Source of the DNA: a virus
Taxonomy: Duplodnaviria; Caudoviricetes
DNA: 40,563 bases
Reading direction: 5' to 3' (one strand)
Virus record (IMG/VR): IMGVR_UViG_3300030376_004320
Coordinates: 1-40,563 of that record
Part shown: one piece after another, positions 28,078-36,012 of the stretch
How positions within the stretch are numbered: position 1 is the first letter of the stretch
Layout of the letters: every line of letters starts with the position of its first letter
Made by a program: the position numbers and the translations under genes
Notes under the pieces: model-generated
Told to the model about the DNA's origin: nothing
What the model saw: only the letters and a program-made list of their open reading frames with translations
Database searches by the model: none

Positions 28078-28385
28078 TATAGTAATTTATTTACAATTTT
28101 ATCGTAGTTCTTTTTAAAACTAACTATATTTTTTTTATAAGTATCAAGTAAATCAGATGCTTCATCATTTAAACCTTTTTTTCTTAATTTATCATAAAGG
28201 TTCAATATAGATTTACCATATAACTTATATGATTTATCAATAGTTTTTATATCTTTTTTATATTCGTAGGCTGGACCCTCATTGATATTAAACTCATCTT
28301 TGATAGATTCCAATACTTTGTTTTTATTAGGTTTTGATTTTTTGGTTTTTTTATCACCATATCCCATTAAAGATTTGTAATCCAT
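28077..28385 (-). CDS. Small basic hypothetical protein (INE motif)
   Basis: ORF coupled to the protease gene, GGAG SD. Confidence 0.6.
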   Translation of the reverse strand: MDYKSLMGYGDKKTKKSKPNKNKVLESIKDEFNINEGPAYEYKKDIKTIDKSYKLYGKSILNLYDKLRKKGLNDEASDLLDTYKKNIVSFKKNYDKIVNKLL

Positions 28386-28386
28386 T

Positions 28387-29004
28387 CTACTCTCCTCTGA
28401 ATATATCGTTAATTATGTTTTCAATTTTACAATCGTGACAACACACACCATCTCTTGTCCCAACACCTTCATTCAATTTACCTTCATTTGTTGGTGATAA
28501 GAAAGCTCCGTGTGTAGATGGATTTGATACGAAATCAAAAGCAATTAGTTCAAAATCTGGTTGAACCTCTACTGAATCATCTTCATTCATTTCTTTTACT
28601 GAACCTAATCCTCTTGATGATATACCAAGTTTAATACCACTTTTAAATAATTCTTTTAAGATGTTACCAGCAGGTGTTCCCAATACTTCAACAGTTCCAA
28701 CTAAATCATTGTCTTTCCAATGCATTTCCAATACATTATGAGATACATTGTTTAAATTTACAACAGAAGAATCTGGATGGTCAAGTTCACCTAATGCCCT
28801 TCTTTCTTTGATTTGAACAGATGAGTATTTCTCAGCTTCTCTCATCAAAGTTTCTTTTGGATAAACTCTTCCGTTTTGATTCTTTGCTTCTGCTCTTTGC
28901 AATACACCTTTAACAACCAATCTACCTCCATTGTTTTTCATTGATTCATTGATTTGTTGTGGTGTTATTTCAAATGGAATGTAATCTACAATTATCTCTT
29001 TCAT
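28387..29004 (-). CDS. gp21: Prohead core protease (T4 gp21-like)
   Basis: NQNGRVYP, ALGELDHP, VSH, GISSRGLGS, FDFVSNPS. Confidence 0.95.
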   Translation of the reverse strand: MKEIIVDYIPFEITPQQINESMKNNGGRLVVKGVLQRAEAKNQNGRVYPKETLMREAEKYSSVQIKERRALGELDHPDSSVVNLNNVSHNVLEMHWKDNDLVGTVEVLGTPAGNILKELFKSGIKLGISSRGLGSVKEMNEDDSVEVQPDFELIAFDFVSNPSTHGAFLSPTNEGKLNEGVGTRDGVCCHDCKIENIINDIFRGE

Positions 29005-29360
29005 TATCTTACCCTCACATATACGAATGTTACATCACCAACAGCATCGGTATCATCAATTCTTCTCCAAGCAACAGGACTAATATCTAATTTAATTCCA
29101 CCAGCTGCATCTTCAACAACAGAACCAGTTACAAAATTACCAATTTGTCCTGCAACATTTCCACCAAAAGAAGATGTGGTTTCGTATAAAAAAGCATATT
29201 CTCCAGTTTTATTTATGTTTATATATGTTGGTCTTTTTGTTACAATCTCATTCGTAGGACAAGTAGCATTACTAAATTGACTACCTTTTATAGTAGATTC
29301 AACAATAGTCTGTTTACTTGAATCTGTAGGATTTACTCCATATGGTGTTTGTCTTGACAT
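29004..29360 (-). CDS. Hypothetical protein
   Basis: AGGAG SD; abuts neighbouring genes. Confidence 0.6.
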   Translation of the reverse strand: MSRQTPYGVNPTDSSKQTIVESTIKGSQFSNATCPTNEIVTKRPTYININKTGEYAFLYETTSSFGGNVAGQIGNFVTGSVVEDAAGGIKLDISPVAWRRIDDTDAVGDVTFVYVRVR

Positions 29361-29370
29361 TTATTATCTC

Positions 29371-29676
29371 CTATTTCCAAGAGTTTCGTTTTAACCATAT
29401 ATCTCTTAATATATCGCCAACTACATCTCGAATTAATTTACTAATTTGTTTTAAATCTTTATCATCAAGAGCTTCACTAACTACTGAATAACCAGTGCTT
29501 TTTGTTAATCTCTTTTTCTTCTTTTTTTCATCTTCTTTACTACTAAAAGCAAAAGGAGTAGAATATCCATCAACACCAGCAGTGGTTGTTATTTCCTCCA
29601 AAGATTCTTCATCTAAGAGTTCCATAGTTAGTTTTTTTACTAACTCTTTAAATAACTTTCTGTTTTTTATTTCCAC
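29371..29676 (-). CDS. Hypothetical head-associated protein
   Basis: LEEITTTAGVDGYSTPFAF motif; LEE and VSE junctions. Confidence 0.6.
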   Translation of the reverse strand: MEIKNRKLFKELVKKLTMELLDEESLEEITTTAGVDGYSTPFAFSSKEDEKKKKKRLTKSTGYSVVSEALDDKDLKQISKLIRDVVGDILRDIWLKRNSWK

Positions 29677-30523
29677 TTTTTTTCACTTCCTTTACAAGTT
29701 CTAAATATCTCATTGTCTGAATAACATATTCATCTTTAACAACTTCTGATTTATCATCAATTCCACAGAATTTGCCAATAGACTTTATGGCTTCTTGCAT
29801 TTTGATTTTTACAACTTTATCTTTAAGATTTTTAGAATGTGTTTGTAAATCTTCTTTTAAACCTTTTACAATCTCTCTCAAAGTATCTTTTAATGAATTT
29901 GTATTTGATACATTATTAATATACTCTCTAAGTAAATTCTTTTGGTCTTTACTTAATTTTGTATATTTTTGATTAAATTTTTCTAAAAGAGTTTTATAAG
30001 TAAGGATTCGTAAATCCTCATCATCTGGAAGTGTTCTTACAGTCTCAGATAATTTAATACTTTTTTCATCTGTTGTCACATGTTCGACTATATTAAAAAA
30101 GGACTCAGTTTTTTGGTCTGGTGACAAAGATTTATCATATTCAAATAATGTAAAAATAGATGCGTAAGTTTTATAATTTGGAACTTTGGAAGACATAAAT
30201 TTTTGAAGATTATAATTAGATTGAATCTCTTTAATTAAATTATACCTTTCTCTTCTTAGAACCGAATTGTTTAAATCATTTCTAGCTTTCATTACTTCAT
30301 TTATAAAGTAATCAGCCTTTGTATCTGATTTAAATTTCTTTGTGATTAAAATATTATACAGAGCGAGTTCTTTACCCAACTCCGTGTTTTCGTTAAATTT
30401 CTCTTTAACGATTTTTACCGCATGTCCATTGTCTTTATTTAGCACATCAGATGTAATCTGCCTCAGCAAAAATTCAAACAATAAACCCGTGTTGCGGATT
30501 TTGTTGTGTTTAACTTTACGCAT
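29648..30523 (-). CDS. Hypothetical protein following portal
   Basis: 291-aa ORF KHNKIRNTGLLFEFL..., preceded by the late motif. Confidence 0.7.
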   Translation of the reverse strand: MRKVKHNKIRNTGLLFEFLLRQITSDVLNKDNGHAVKIVKEKFNENTELGKELALYNILITKKFKSDTKADYFINEVMKARNDLNNSVLRRERYNLIKEIQSNYNLQKFMSSKVPNYKTYASIFTLFEYDKSLSPDQKTESFFNIVEHVTTDEKSIKLSETVRTLPDDEDLRILTYKTLLEKFNQKYTKLSKDQKNLLREYINNVSNTNSLKDTLREIVKGLKEDLQTHSKNLKDKVVKIKMQEAIKSIGKFCGIDDKSEVVKDEYVIQTMRYLELVKEVKKSGNKKQKVI

Positions 30524-30566
30524 GTTTGAGTCCCCATTTTAATTGGTCACTATTTATGTAATTATT

Positions 30567-30579
30567 CATATATAAATAT
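30567..30579 (-). promoter_or_regulatory. Putative late promoter ATATTTATATATG
   Basis: Recurrent motif. Confidence 0.65.
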
Positions 30580-30604
30580 AATGTTTTTTGTAAATAAGTC
30601 AATT

Positions 30605-32398
30605 TTATTCTTCTTCATCTAAAATTATTTCCTCATTTAACATTGATTTATCCAAGTTTTTACCAAACTTATCTTGTAGTTGATTTAGTAATCCTTCTCT
30701 TGCAACAATCGTTCCACCTTTACCGACAGCCAATGGTGATTTACCCTTGAACTCTCGTTTTCCATATCTTTCTTTCTCGTGTTTTGTTGCATCTTTTAAG
30801 TCTTTTGCTGAGTATTCATTCCCAAATTCTTTCTTACCAGTTCCACTTCTTCTATCACCACCATGTTGTCCGACTTGTTCTTCAAACTCATCATCACCAC
30901 TTGGTTCTTCACCACCACCTTCGGCTGGGTCTGTTCCCTCAGTTTCAATTTGTTCCATTCTAAATGCTTGTTTTCTATCTTCAATCACGCCATTGAATAC
31001 ATCCACTTTTTCTTGGTCGTTTAATTCAAAGATATTATCATATATCCATTGTCTTGAAAATAATTTGTTTTCAATCAAGTCATTAGCAATTTCTTTTTTC
31101 TGTGTTAATAATTCTAACTTTTCTTGTTGATGTATCATTGATGGATTTGTTAATTCTAATTCAAAATTAATCAATTCTGCATCATCAAACCCTTGTGTGT
31201 ATAAATGAACGATAGCAATCTTTTCAAGTTCCGCACATACAATTTTTTGTAGTCTTTCGATAGTTCTAGCAAATCTAACATCTTCAGCAGCCAATGTAGC
31301 TTTTGAACCTACATTCTCATCGTATCCCAAAAATGCTTTTGGTATTTTCAATGCTGCCATCATTTTGTTTCTCAAGTATTCCACATCTTCAATCGCACCA
31401 TCATTACCCAAACCTGGTAAAGTGTCAATTGATGTTCCACTATCTCCACCACGAACAGGTAAGTAATAGTCTTCTGTAATGGATTCCATATTGTATTTTA
31501 AATTATATTCACCATTTGCATTCATCACAGGTGTTTTTTTCATTTTACCAATGATTTGTTGCATAAAGTTATCCACTTCATTTGGTGGTATGTTTCCAAT
31601 ATCTACTTTGAATATTCTTTTCTCTGGTGCTCTCATCATTCTATGAATCAACATAGCATCTTCCATAAGAGTCAATTGTTTAAATACTCTTCTTGCACCC
31701 TCTAACATTGATTTACCATAAGGTAGATAATTAGTATCAGCAAGATTTCTAAAGTGAGCTACTTCATAATTTTCATGAACATCACTTGGTTTTGAACTTC
31801 TTCTTGTTTCTGAATATTGTTGTATTTCAAATTGGACTAATTTTGGATTACTTGGGTCATGTCCTTCTAATCTATTCACTTCATATACTGAAAGAGGTTT
31901 TACATTAACAACTCCATGTTTATCCAATATATCTAAATGTAAATAAAAGTCTCCATATTTAGTCATATTTCTTATATAACTCCATAGGTTAAATTCTATA
32001 TTCATTATATCATAAAACAAATTGTGTAAAATTTTATGGACTTTTGGATTGTCTGTTTTAATTTTCAAAACTCTGTTTTCAATATTATCAACTGTGGATT
32101 CATCACAATAAATGTCCAAAGCAGATGATATGATTGGGTCAGCATCCATTAATTCATAATCTCTAAATAATTCTTTACGAGCCACATCATATGCATTTGC
32201 ATTTTGTTTAGCTGCGTATGATGAAGCACCATATCCACTTGAATTAATTCTATTATATCTATCAATAAAGTTAGATGTTAGTGCAGTTTGAGAAAACTCT
32301 ACATCTTTGACTTTTACTTGTCCGTCATTTGTTTTTCTAACTACGATTTGATTTTGGAATAATTTCCCTAATCTCGTTAATATATTTTCGTCTGCCAT
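30605..32398 (-). CDS. gp20: Portal protein (T4 gp20-like)
   Basis: QLTLMEDAMLIHRMMRAPEKRIFKVDIGN, EDYYLPVRG, IDTLPG, LKIPKAFL. Confidence 0.95.
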   Translation of the reverse strand: MADENILTRLGKLFQNQIVVRKTNDGQVKVKDVEFSQTALTSNFIDRYNRINSSGYGASSYAAKQNANAYDVARKELFRDYELMDADPIISSALDIYCDESTVDNIENRVLKIKTDNPKVHKILHNLFYDIMNIEFNLWSYIRNMTKYGDFYLHLDILDKHGVVNVKPLSVYEVNRLEGHDPSNPKLVQFEIQQYSETRRSSKPSDVHENYEVAHFRNLADTNYLPYGKSMLEGARRVFKQLTLMEDAMLIHRMMRAPEKRIFKVDIGNIPPNEVDNFMQQIIGKMKKTPVMNANGEYNLKYNMESITEDYYLPVRGGDSGTSIDTLPGLGNDGAIEDVEYLRNKMMAALKIPKAFLGYDENVGSKATLAAEDVRFARTIERLQKIVCAELEKIAIVHLYTQGFDDAELINFELELTNPSMIHQQEKLELLTQKKEIANDLIENKLFSRQWIYDNIFELNDQEKVDVFNGVIEDRKQAFRMEQIETEGTDPAEGGGEEPSGDDEFEEQVGQHGGDRRSGTGKKEFGNEYSAKDLKDATKHEKERYGKREFKGKSPLAVGKGGTIVAREGLLNQLQDKFGKNLDKSMLNEEIILDEEE

Positions 32399-32408
32399 TT
32401 TTTACCTC

Positions 32409-34019
32409 TTATTTAATTAACCAAGTTAAATCTTCTTTTTCACCCATCCCATTATCCATTTCATATGGATTTTTTTGATTTCCAGTAGAACCTACTCCAA
32501 ACCCTGCCGCATGTTCAGATTTGTTTCCATTTGACTTCAACATTGTATTCATAGTTGCCCATTGTTGGTCATTTTTGTCTTTCTGTAATCTTAGAGCCGT
32601 ATCTCTAACCCAAAGGGCTATTGAATAAGACATAACTAAGTCGTCATTGTAACCTTGCATTGCTTCTGCTTTTGATTGTGAAACTCCACTCTTGTATATA
32701 AATACAAACAATTCATCAATTAATCTATTTGAATGAATCTTCACTAATTTTTCTCTTGTATATTCTTCCATTTTAGCTATTACTAATGGACGAGTTTTTG
32801 TGGTTGTTGAAAAACCTGGCACCATATTTCTATCTTGTGCTCTGTATTTGTTATTTATCTGATGTTCAACATCAACCACTTGTAAATCTTTTGATTGGTA
32901 AAATAAATTTTTATATCCTCTATCTATGATGGTTTGTATTGTAGCCCAACCAATGTTGTTGTTCTCAACTACTAATAAAGCATCATTGTATTTTGTTGCA
33001 ACTTCAATTAAGAAGTTTCCATAATCCGTTGTACTCAATTGTCCTTTATATTCTGCAACTTGTTCCATATCCTCAACTTCAAACACTTGACAAGCTGAGA
33101 AATCCGTTCCATCACCACGAGCCACATCAGCAACCACGATATATTCTTTTGTGTAATCAGCCTGTCTAAATACCCAAAGTCCTCTATCCATTCCTAATTC
33201 TTCAATTGGTGATTCAATCATTTCATCTTTATACCATTGTAGAATCGCAGGGTCTACTACTGATTGTCCACTTGATAAAAAGTCCGTATCACATTCTTGT
33301 GCAGCTTGTGAAGGACCTAAAATTTTATCTTGTTCTTTTCTCCATTCTTCAGTTCTTTCAGGATGGTCTGTCCAATGTAATCTAATTGTATTGAATTGAT
33401 TAGTGCCTTCCTCAGCACCCATCCATTGTTTATGAAACCAATTCCCTACACCATTAGGTGTTGATAAAGCAATACAACCACCACCAGTCGCTAATGTTTG
33501 TTGAGCAGCTGTCCATATAGTATCAATTCTATCAATAAATGCCGCCTCATCAATTATTAATAATGATAATGCTTCTGAACGACCGGCTGATTCATTTGAA
33601 GCGATTGCTTTAATTTGAGAACCATTTTTAAATCTTAATGATAATTTATTTATCTCTTCTGTCCCAGTCTTCAACCATTGAGGTAAATTCTCATACATTA
33701 CTCTTACTTTTGTTACAAGATTTTTAGCAGTTTCTTTGCCTGTAGCAATTACTAATACGTTTTTATCATTGTGAAACAACATCAACCATAAAGAGTATCC
33801 AGCTGATAACGTGGATATACCTAATTGACGAGCTTTAAGAATTATATTATATCTATTGTCCTTGAACTCTGTCAAACATCTTTCTTGATAAGGATATAAG
33901 TCAAACTTAACCTTACCTTTGGTAGGATGTTGAATAGTACAATACTTTCTCATAAAATGTACAGGGTCAGATGCACACTTTAAATATTCTCTTTGTATCG
34001 CTTGTTTTAAATCACTCAC
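32409..34019 (-). CDS. gp17: Terminase large subunit (T4 gp17-like); start revised to GTG 34019
   Basis: Walker A KARQLGIST, Walker B LLIIDEAAF, coupling STPNG, RNase H ADVARG and DDLVMS; GTG overlaps the upstream TGA. Confidence 0.95.
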   Translation of the reverse strand: MSDLKQAIQREYLKCASDPVHFMRKYCTIQHPTKGKVKFDLYPYQERCLTEFKDNRYNIILKARQLGISTLSAGYSLWLMLFHNDKNVLVIATGKETAKNLVTKVRVMYENLPQWLKTGTEEINKLSLRFKNGSQIKAIASNESAGRSEALSLLIIDEAAFIDRIDTIWTAAQQTLATGGGCIALSTPNGVGNWFHKQWMGAEEGTNQFNTIRLHWTDHPERTEEWRKEQDKILGPSQAAQECDTDFLSSGQSVVDPAILQWYKDEMIESPIEELGMDRGLWVFRQADYTKEYIVVADVARGDGTDFSACQVFEVEDMEQVAEYKGQLSTTDYGNFLIEVATKYNDALLVVENNNIGWATIQTIIDRGYKNLFYQSKDLQVVDVEHQINNKYRAQDRNMVPGFSTTTKTRPLVIAKMEEYTREKLVKIHSNRLIDELFVFIYKSGVSQSKAEAMQGYNDDLVMSYSIALWVRDTALRLQKDKNDQQWATMNTMLKSNGNKSEHAAGFGVGSTGNQKNPYEMDNGMGEKEDLTWLIK

Positions 34020-34375
34020 TTTATTTGTCCTGCTAAAAATACTGAACCACTTGTGAATATAACTCCACCAAAGAACCAAAGATATTTATTCTCATACCAT
34101 TTTGGTTTTATTGTTTTTATCATTTCATCTTTAATTTTAATTTGCTCTTCATAAAGTTGTGCTTGTTCATCACATTCATCTATATATTCATCACATTCTT
34201 CTAATTGACTTTCAAAATTCAAATAAGCACTCTCACATACTTCTCTTTTAAATTCAAGAGCTTTTATGTTATCATACATATTTTGAACTTCTTCCTCTGA
34301 AAAACAAGTTCCTTCACAAATGTCTTGCGTGAATGAAAAACTTAGTAATAATATCAATAGTAATTTAATAACCAC
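34016..34375 (-). CDS. Secreted/membrane coiled-coil protein (spanin-like); start revised to GTG 34375
   Basis: GGAGG SD; signal-like KLLLILLLSFSF; coiled coil; C-terminal TM YLWFFGGVIFTSGSVFL. Confidence 0.5.
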   Translation of the reverse strand: MVIKLLLILLLSFSFTQDICEGTCFSEEEVQNMYDNIKALEFKREVCESAYLNFESQLEECDEYIDECDEQAQLYEEQIKIKDEMIKTIKPKWYENKYLWFFGGVIFTSGSVFLAGQIK

Positions 34376-34991
34376 TTCTACCTCCTCCTGAAGTTCTTCC
34401 ACCACCCATACCACCAGTTGATGTTTGAGTTCTTCTTTGAGTTCTTTGAGTTGAAGTTCTTTGAGTCGTTGTTGTTCCTCTATTCATAGTTGTTTGAGTT
34501 CGTGTTGTTCTCGTTGGAGTTGTTGTTCCTCTATTTCTTGTTCTTCTTCCTCTTGTTTGACTTATACCATTTGTTCTACTTCTACTACCATTAGGAGGAA
34601 CAGTAGTTACAACAACTGAACCATCAGGTGTCCCAACACCCTCCATTGTGTGTTCTGTCATTATAGTTCCATCTTGATGTTGATGTAATTTTGCCCCTAT
34701 ACTGACTAAATTACCATTTGGTAAATAATATCTTGGTGTTGTTGGAGCTGTAAACAATCTCGTAACTGGATTTTCATCACTAACAGCGGTTTCTTGTTGA
34801 ATAGGTTCAATTATTGATTCCGAAGCTAACACCAACAATTGTCCTCCAATACTAAAACCATCATATCCTTCCATCGCACCGGTAGTTGTTGTAAAAAATT
34901 CACCCGATTGAGTTTTTAATACTGTCCCATTGTAAGGTTCACCAGTTGATTTTATAACATATTGTCCATTATGTCCTGGTTCGTGTGGCAT
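34365..34991 (-). CDS. Hypothetical protein with Arg/Thr-rich and Gly-rich disordered tail
   Basis: HQHQDGTIMTEH motif; tail TRGRRTRNRGTTTPTRTTRTQ...GGMGGGRTSGGGRSGY. Confidence 0.65.
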   Translation of the reverse strand: MPHEPGHNGQYVIKSTGEPYNGTVLKTQSGEFFTTTTGAMEGYDGFSIGGQLLVLASESIIEPIQQETAVSDENPVTRLFTAPTTPRYYLPNGNLVSIGAKLHQHQDGTIMTEHTMEGVGTPDGSVVVTTVPPNGSRSRTNGISQTRGRRTRNRGTTTPTRTTRTQTTMNRGTTTTQRTSTQRTQRRTQTSTGGMGGGRTSGGGRSGY

Positions 34992-35296
34992 TATTTTTTC
35001 TCCTTGCTAAAGTTTTTTAAGAAATCAGATGCTTCTTTTTTAGAAACTTTCTTTTTCTTATATTTTTTCTTTTTAATATCATTAAGAGCTTTTTTCTTAT
35101 TTTCTAAACTCTTTTTAATTGCTTTCTGTGATTTCTTTTTATCCTTTAATATATCAGAAACTTTTTTAGATTGTTTTTTCAATCCTTTAACTTTCTCATC
35201 TTTTCTACCTGCACTTTTACCAGATAGAAATGCAAAAAGGATTCCACCACACAAAACAAAAAATCCTATAACATATTTTTTTATTTTACTAAACAT
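34991..35296 (-). CDS. N-terminal TM plus Lys-rich coiled-coil protein (i-spanin-like); start revised to ATG 35296
   Basis: MFSKIKKYVIGFFVLCGGILFAFLSG then basic coiled coil. Confidence 0.55.
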   Translation of the reverse strand: MFSKIKKYVIGFFVLCGGILFAFLSGKSAGRKDEKVKGLKKQSKKVSDILKDKKKSQKAIKKSLENKKKALNDIKKKKYKKKKVSKKEASDFLKNFSKEKK

Positions 35297-35297
35297 A

Positions 35298-35447
35298 TTA
35301 TTTACCAAATGGTAGTTTTTCCCATACAGGTTTTAATACTACATCAAAAATAATATCATCTTTATCGGTTGGTGTTAGTTTTACGATTTTTTCTAATGTA
35401 TAAAATCCTAACATTATCCATTCCCAATTTGCTAATATCCATTCCAT
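35298..35447 (-). CDS. 49-aa small membrane protein, holin-like (not in ORF track)
   Basis: AGGAG SD; MEWILANWEWIMLGFYTLEKIVKLTPTDKDDIIFDVVLKPVWEKLPFGK; fills the gap between neighbours. Confidence 0.65.
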   Translation of the reverse strand: MEWILANWEWIMLGFYTLEKIVKLTPTDKDDIIFDVVLKPVWEKLPFGK

Positions 35448-35457
35448 TTTATTTCTC

Positions 35458-35982
35458 CTATGCTTTGTTTTTGTTTATTTGCATACTAACCTCACCATTT
35501 GCTAGAGCGTTAGCTACTGTTTCATCAAATGGATTTCGTTTTCTCTGTCTTGTTATATCTTCTACCCATTGTTCCATATCTTTTTCAATGGCTTCCATAT
35601 TTCTCAAATCTTTTAATCTTCTATAAGCAAACCACCTTATTTTTGAATCAAATTCTAAATCCATTTCGTAATTCATTTGACAATGATAACATCTTCCATC
35701 AGCTTTAAATACATCTCTATCCCACGGCTTTGCCATTTTTGGACTACAATTTTTTCCACAATCTTTACATTGGTGATTAAACATACCAACAGCAGGCATA
35801 CTACCACCTTTTTTTACTTGATACCCATCTTTCTGTTCCCATTCATACCCCTCAGAATCAGTCCAAGTATCACCAATTTTTCTTACCTCTTCAACATCTG
35901 AGTATCCAACCTGTGTTTTTCCACCATAAGTTCCATCTAACATAGATTGAACTTTTGCTAAATTTTTACTTTGTTTTCCCAT
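35458..35982 (-). CDS. Hypothetical Zn-finger protein
   Basis: CKDC...CYHC; RKIGDTWTDSEGYEWEQKDG. Confidence 0.65.
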   Translation of the reverse strand: MGKQSKNLAKVQSMLDGTYGGKTQVGYSDVEEVRKIGDTWTDSEGYEWEQKDGYQVKKGGSMPAVGMFNHQCKDCGKNCSPKMAKPWDRDVFKADGRCYHCQMNYEMDLEFDSKIRWFAYRRLKDLRNMEAIEKDMEQWVEDITRQRKRNPFDETVANALANGEVSMQINKNKA

Positions 35983-35999
35983 AATACCTCTTAATCTTG

Positions 36000-36012
36000 T
36001 ATATATAAATAT
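36000..36012 (-). promoter_or_regulatory. Putative late promoter ATATTTATATATA heading the terminase-portal operon
   Basis: Recurrent motif. Confidence 0.6.

Noticed and set aside
30605-34019. Intein or intron in terminase or portal
   Set aside because: Both are ordinary length with continuous motifs and no splice-junction signatures
34020-34079. N-terminal extension of terminase given by the ORF track
   Set aside because: Overlaps the upstream gene; GTG 34019 coupled to the upstream TGA is the more plausible start
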